54,860 bases of DNA, taken from positions 1 to 54,860 of the IMG/VR virus record IMGVR_UViG_3300025875_000032. The stretch is one strand, 5' to 3'. A program made the translations under genes and the position numbers. The notes under the pieces are model-generated. The model was given only the letters and a program-made list of their open reading frames with translations, had not been told where the DNA came from and made no database searches. Position 1 is the stretch's first letter. Each line of letters opens with the position of its first letter. Of this stretch, positions 54,283-54,860 are shown one piece after another. This stretch comes from a virus. Its lineage: Duplodnaviria > Caudoviricetes.

Positions 54283-54665
54283 CCGCGATCCCCCGCCTCG
54301 CCCCCGGCTCGACGGTCGTCGTCGCCGGCCCGGACGTGCCGTACGTCGTCGGGTCCCTGGAGACGACCGGGGCGACCGCCGTCCTCCACCTCCGTACGGA
54401 GGACGGGCTCGACTGGAGCGCGGACCGCCCCGCGACGTACGTCCTCCGCCGGCGCGACGAGCCGGCCCGCGCCGCGTACGTCGACGAGGGCTCCCTCGTC
54501 GAGTCCCTCGCCGCTGCCCGGATCGGGATCGAGCACGTCGAGCACCACGGCCGGCCGCTCCGGTTCGTCGGGTCCTCCGTCGTCGGCGACCTCGTCGAGC
54601 ACCGGTTCGCCTGCCAGGACCGGACGTGCCCCGTCCGCCTCGCCTGGAGCGTGACCGGCTCGTGA
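54279..54665 (+). CDS. hypothetical protein
   Basis: GTGA-coupled. Confidence 0.6.
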   Translation: MTAIPRLAPGSTVVVAGPDVPYVVGSLETTGATAVLHLRTEDGLDWSADRPATYVLRRRDEPARAAYVDEGSLVESLAAARIGIEHVEHHGRPLRFVGSSVVGDLVEHRFACQDRTCPVRLAWSVTGS

Positions 54666-54860
54666 GCAGCTCCTCCCGGCCGCCCGTCGACGAGCGCGCC
54701 CTCGCCGAACTCGTCGCGCCCGTGCCCCTGGCCCGCGCGTTCCCCGAGCTGGCAGCCCGGGAGCCCGTCGAGTTCGCCGTCCGCGAGCGCGAGGACGCCG
54801 TCCGCGTCCGCCTGCCCGACACGGCGTCGATCCCGCCGGCCGTCCTCCAGGCGCTCGACG
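54662..54860 (+). CDS. 5' part of junction-spanning hypothetical protein
   Basis: Open to the window end; continues at position 128 to stop 243. Confidence 0.7.
   Translation, partial: MSSSSRPPVDERALAELVAPVPLARAFPELAAREPVEFAVREREDAVRVRLPDTASIPPAVLQALD
54734..54860. repeat. Terminal direct repeat (right copy)
   Basis: Identical to 1-127. Confidence 0.95.

Noticed and set aside
1-54860. tRNA, rRNA or structured ncRNA genes
   Set aside because: Intergenic gaps are short and showed only simple hairpins; none recognised by eye, though tRNAscan/Infernal were not run

Overview
The window is an apparently complete, circularly assembled genome (~54.7 kb; bases 1-127 repeat at 54734-54860) of a very GC-rich tailed actinobacteriophage with a siphovirus-type tail module. 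It has no lysin B, so the host is probably a non-mycolic actinomycete. Recognisable modules: terminase large subunit; a portal-MuF fusion; prohead protease; major capsid with N-terminal scaffold-like region; tail tube, adaptor, chaperone, tape measure and minor tail genes; M15 endolysin; ERF and SSB; a lambda O-like initiator with internal iterons plus a DnaC-like loader; and a probable terminase small subunit. About ten free-standing nucleases are present (5 HNH, 2 GIY-YIG/T5orf172, EndoVII, LAGLIDADG, thermonuclease). I saw no integrase, partition genes, tRNA or CRISPR. The most striking features are four. (1) An AICE/TraB-type FtsK DNA translocase plus a membrane protein sits inside the head module. 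(2) An N-terminal GELLALVAxAP leader is shared by the capsid, the protease and a small Rmf-like protein encoded right after the MuF C-terminal extension, suggesting capsid-targeted cargo. (3) There are three distinct repeated regulatory motifs and many leaderless promoters. (4) CTCGAG and GAGCTC appear to be strongly avoided. Protein family calls come from motif recognition by eye, not database searches.
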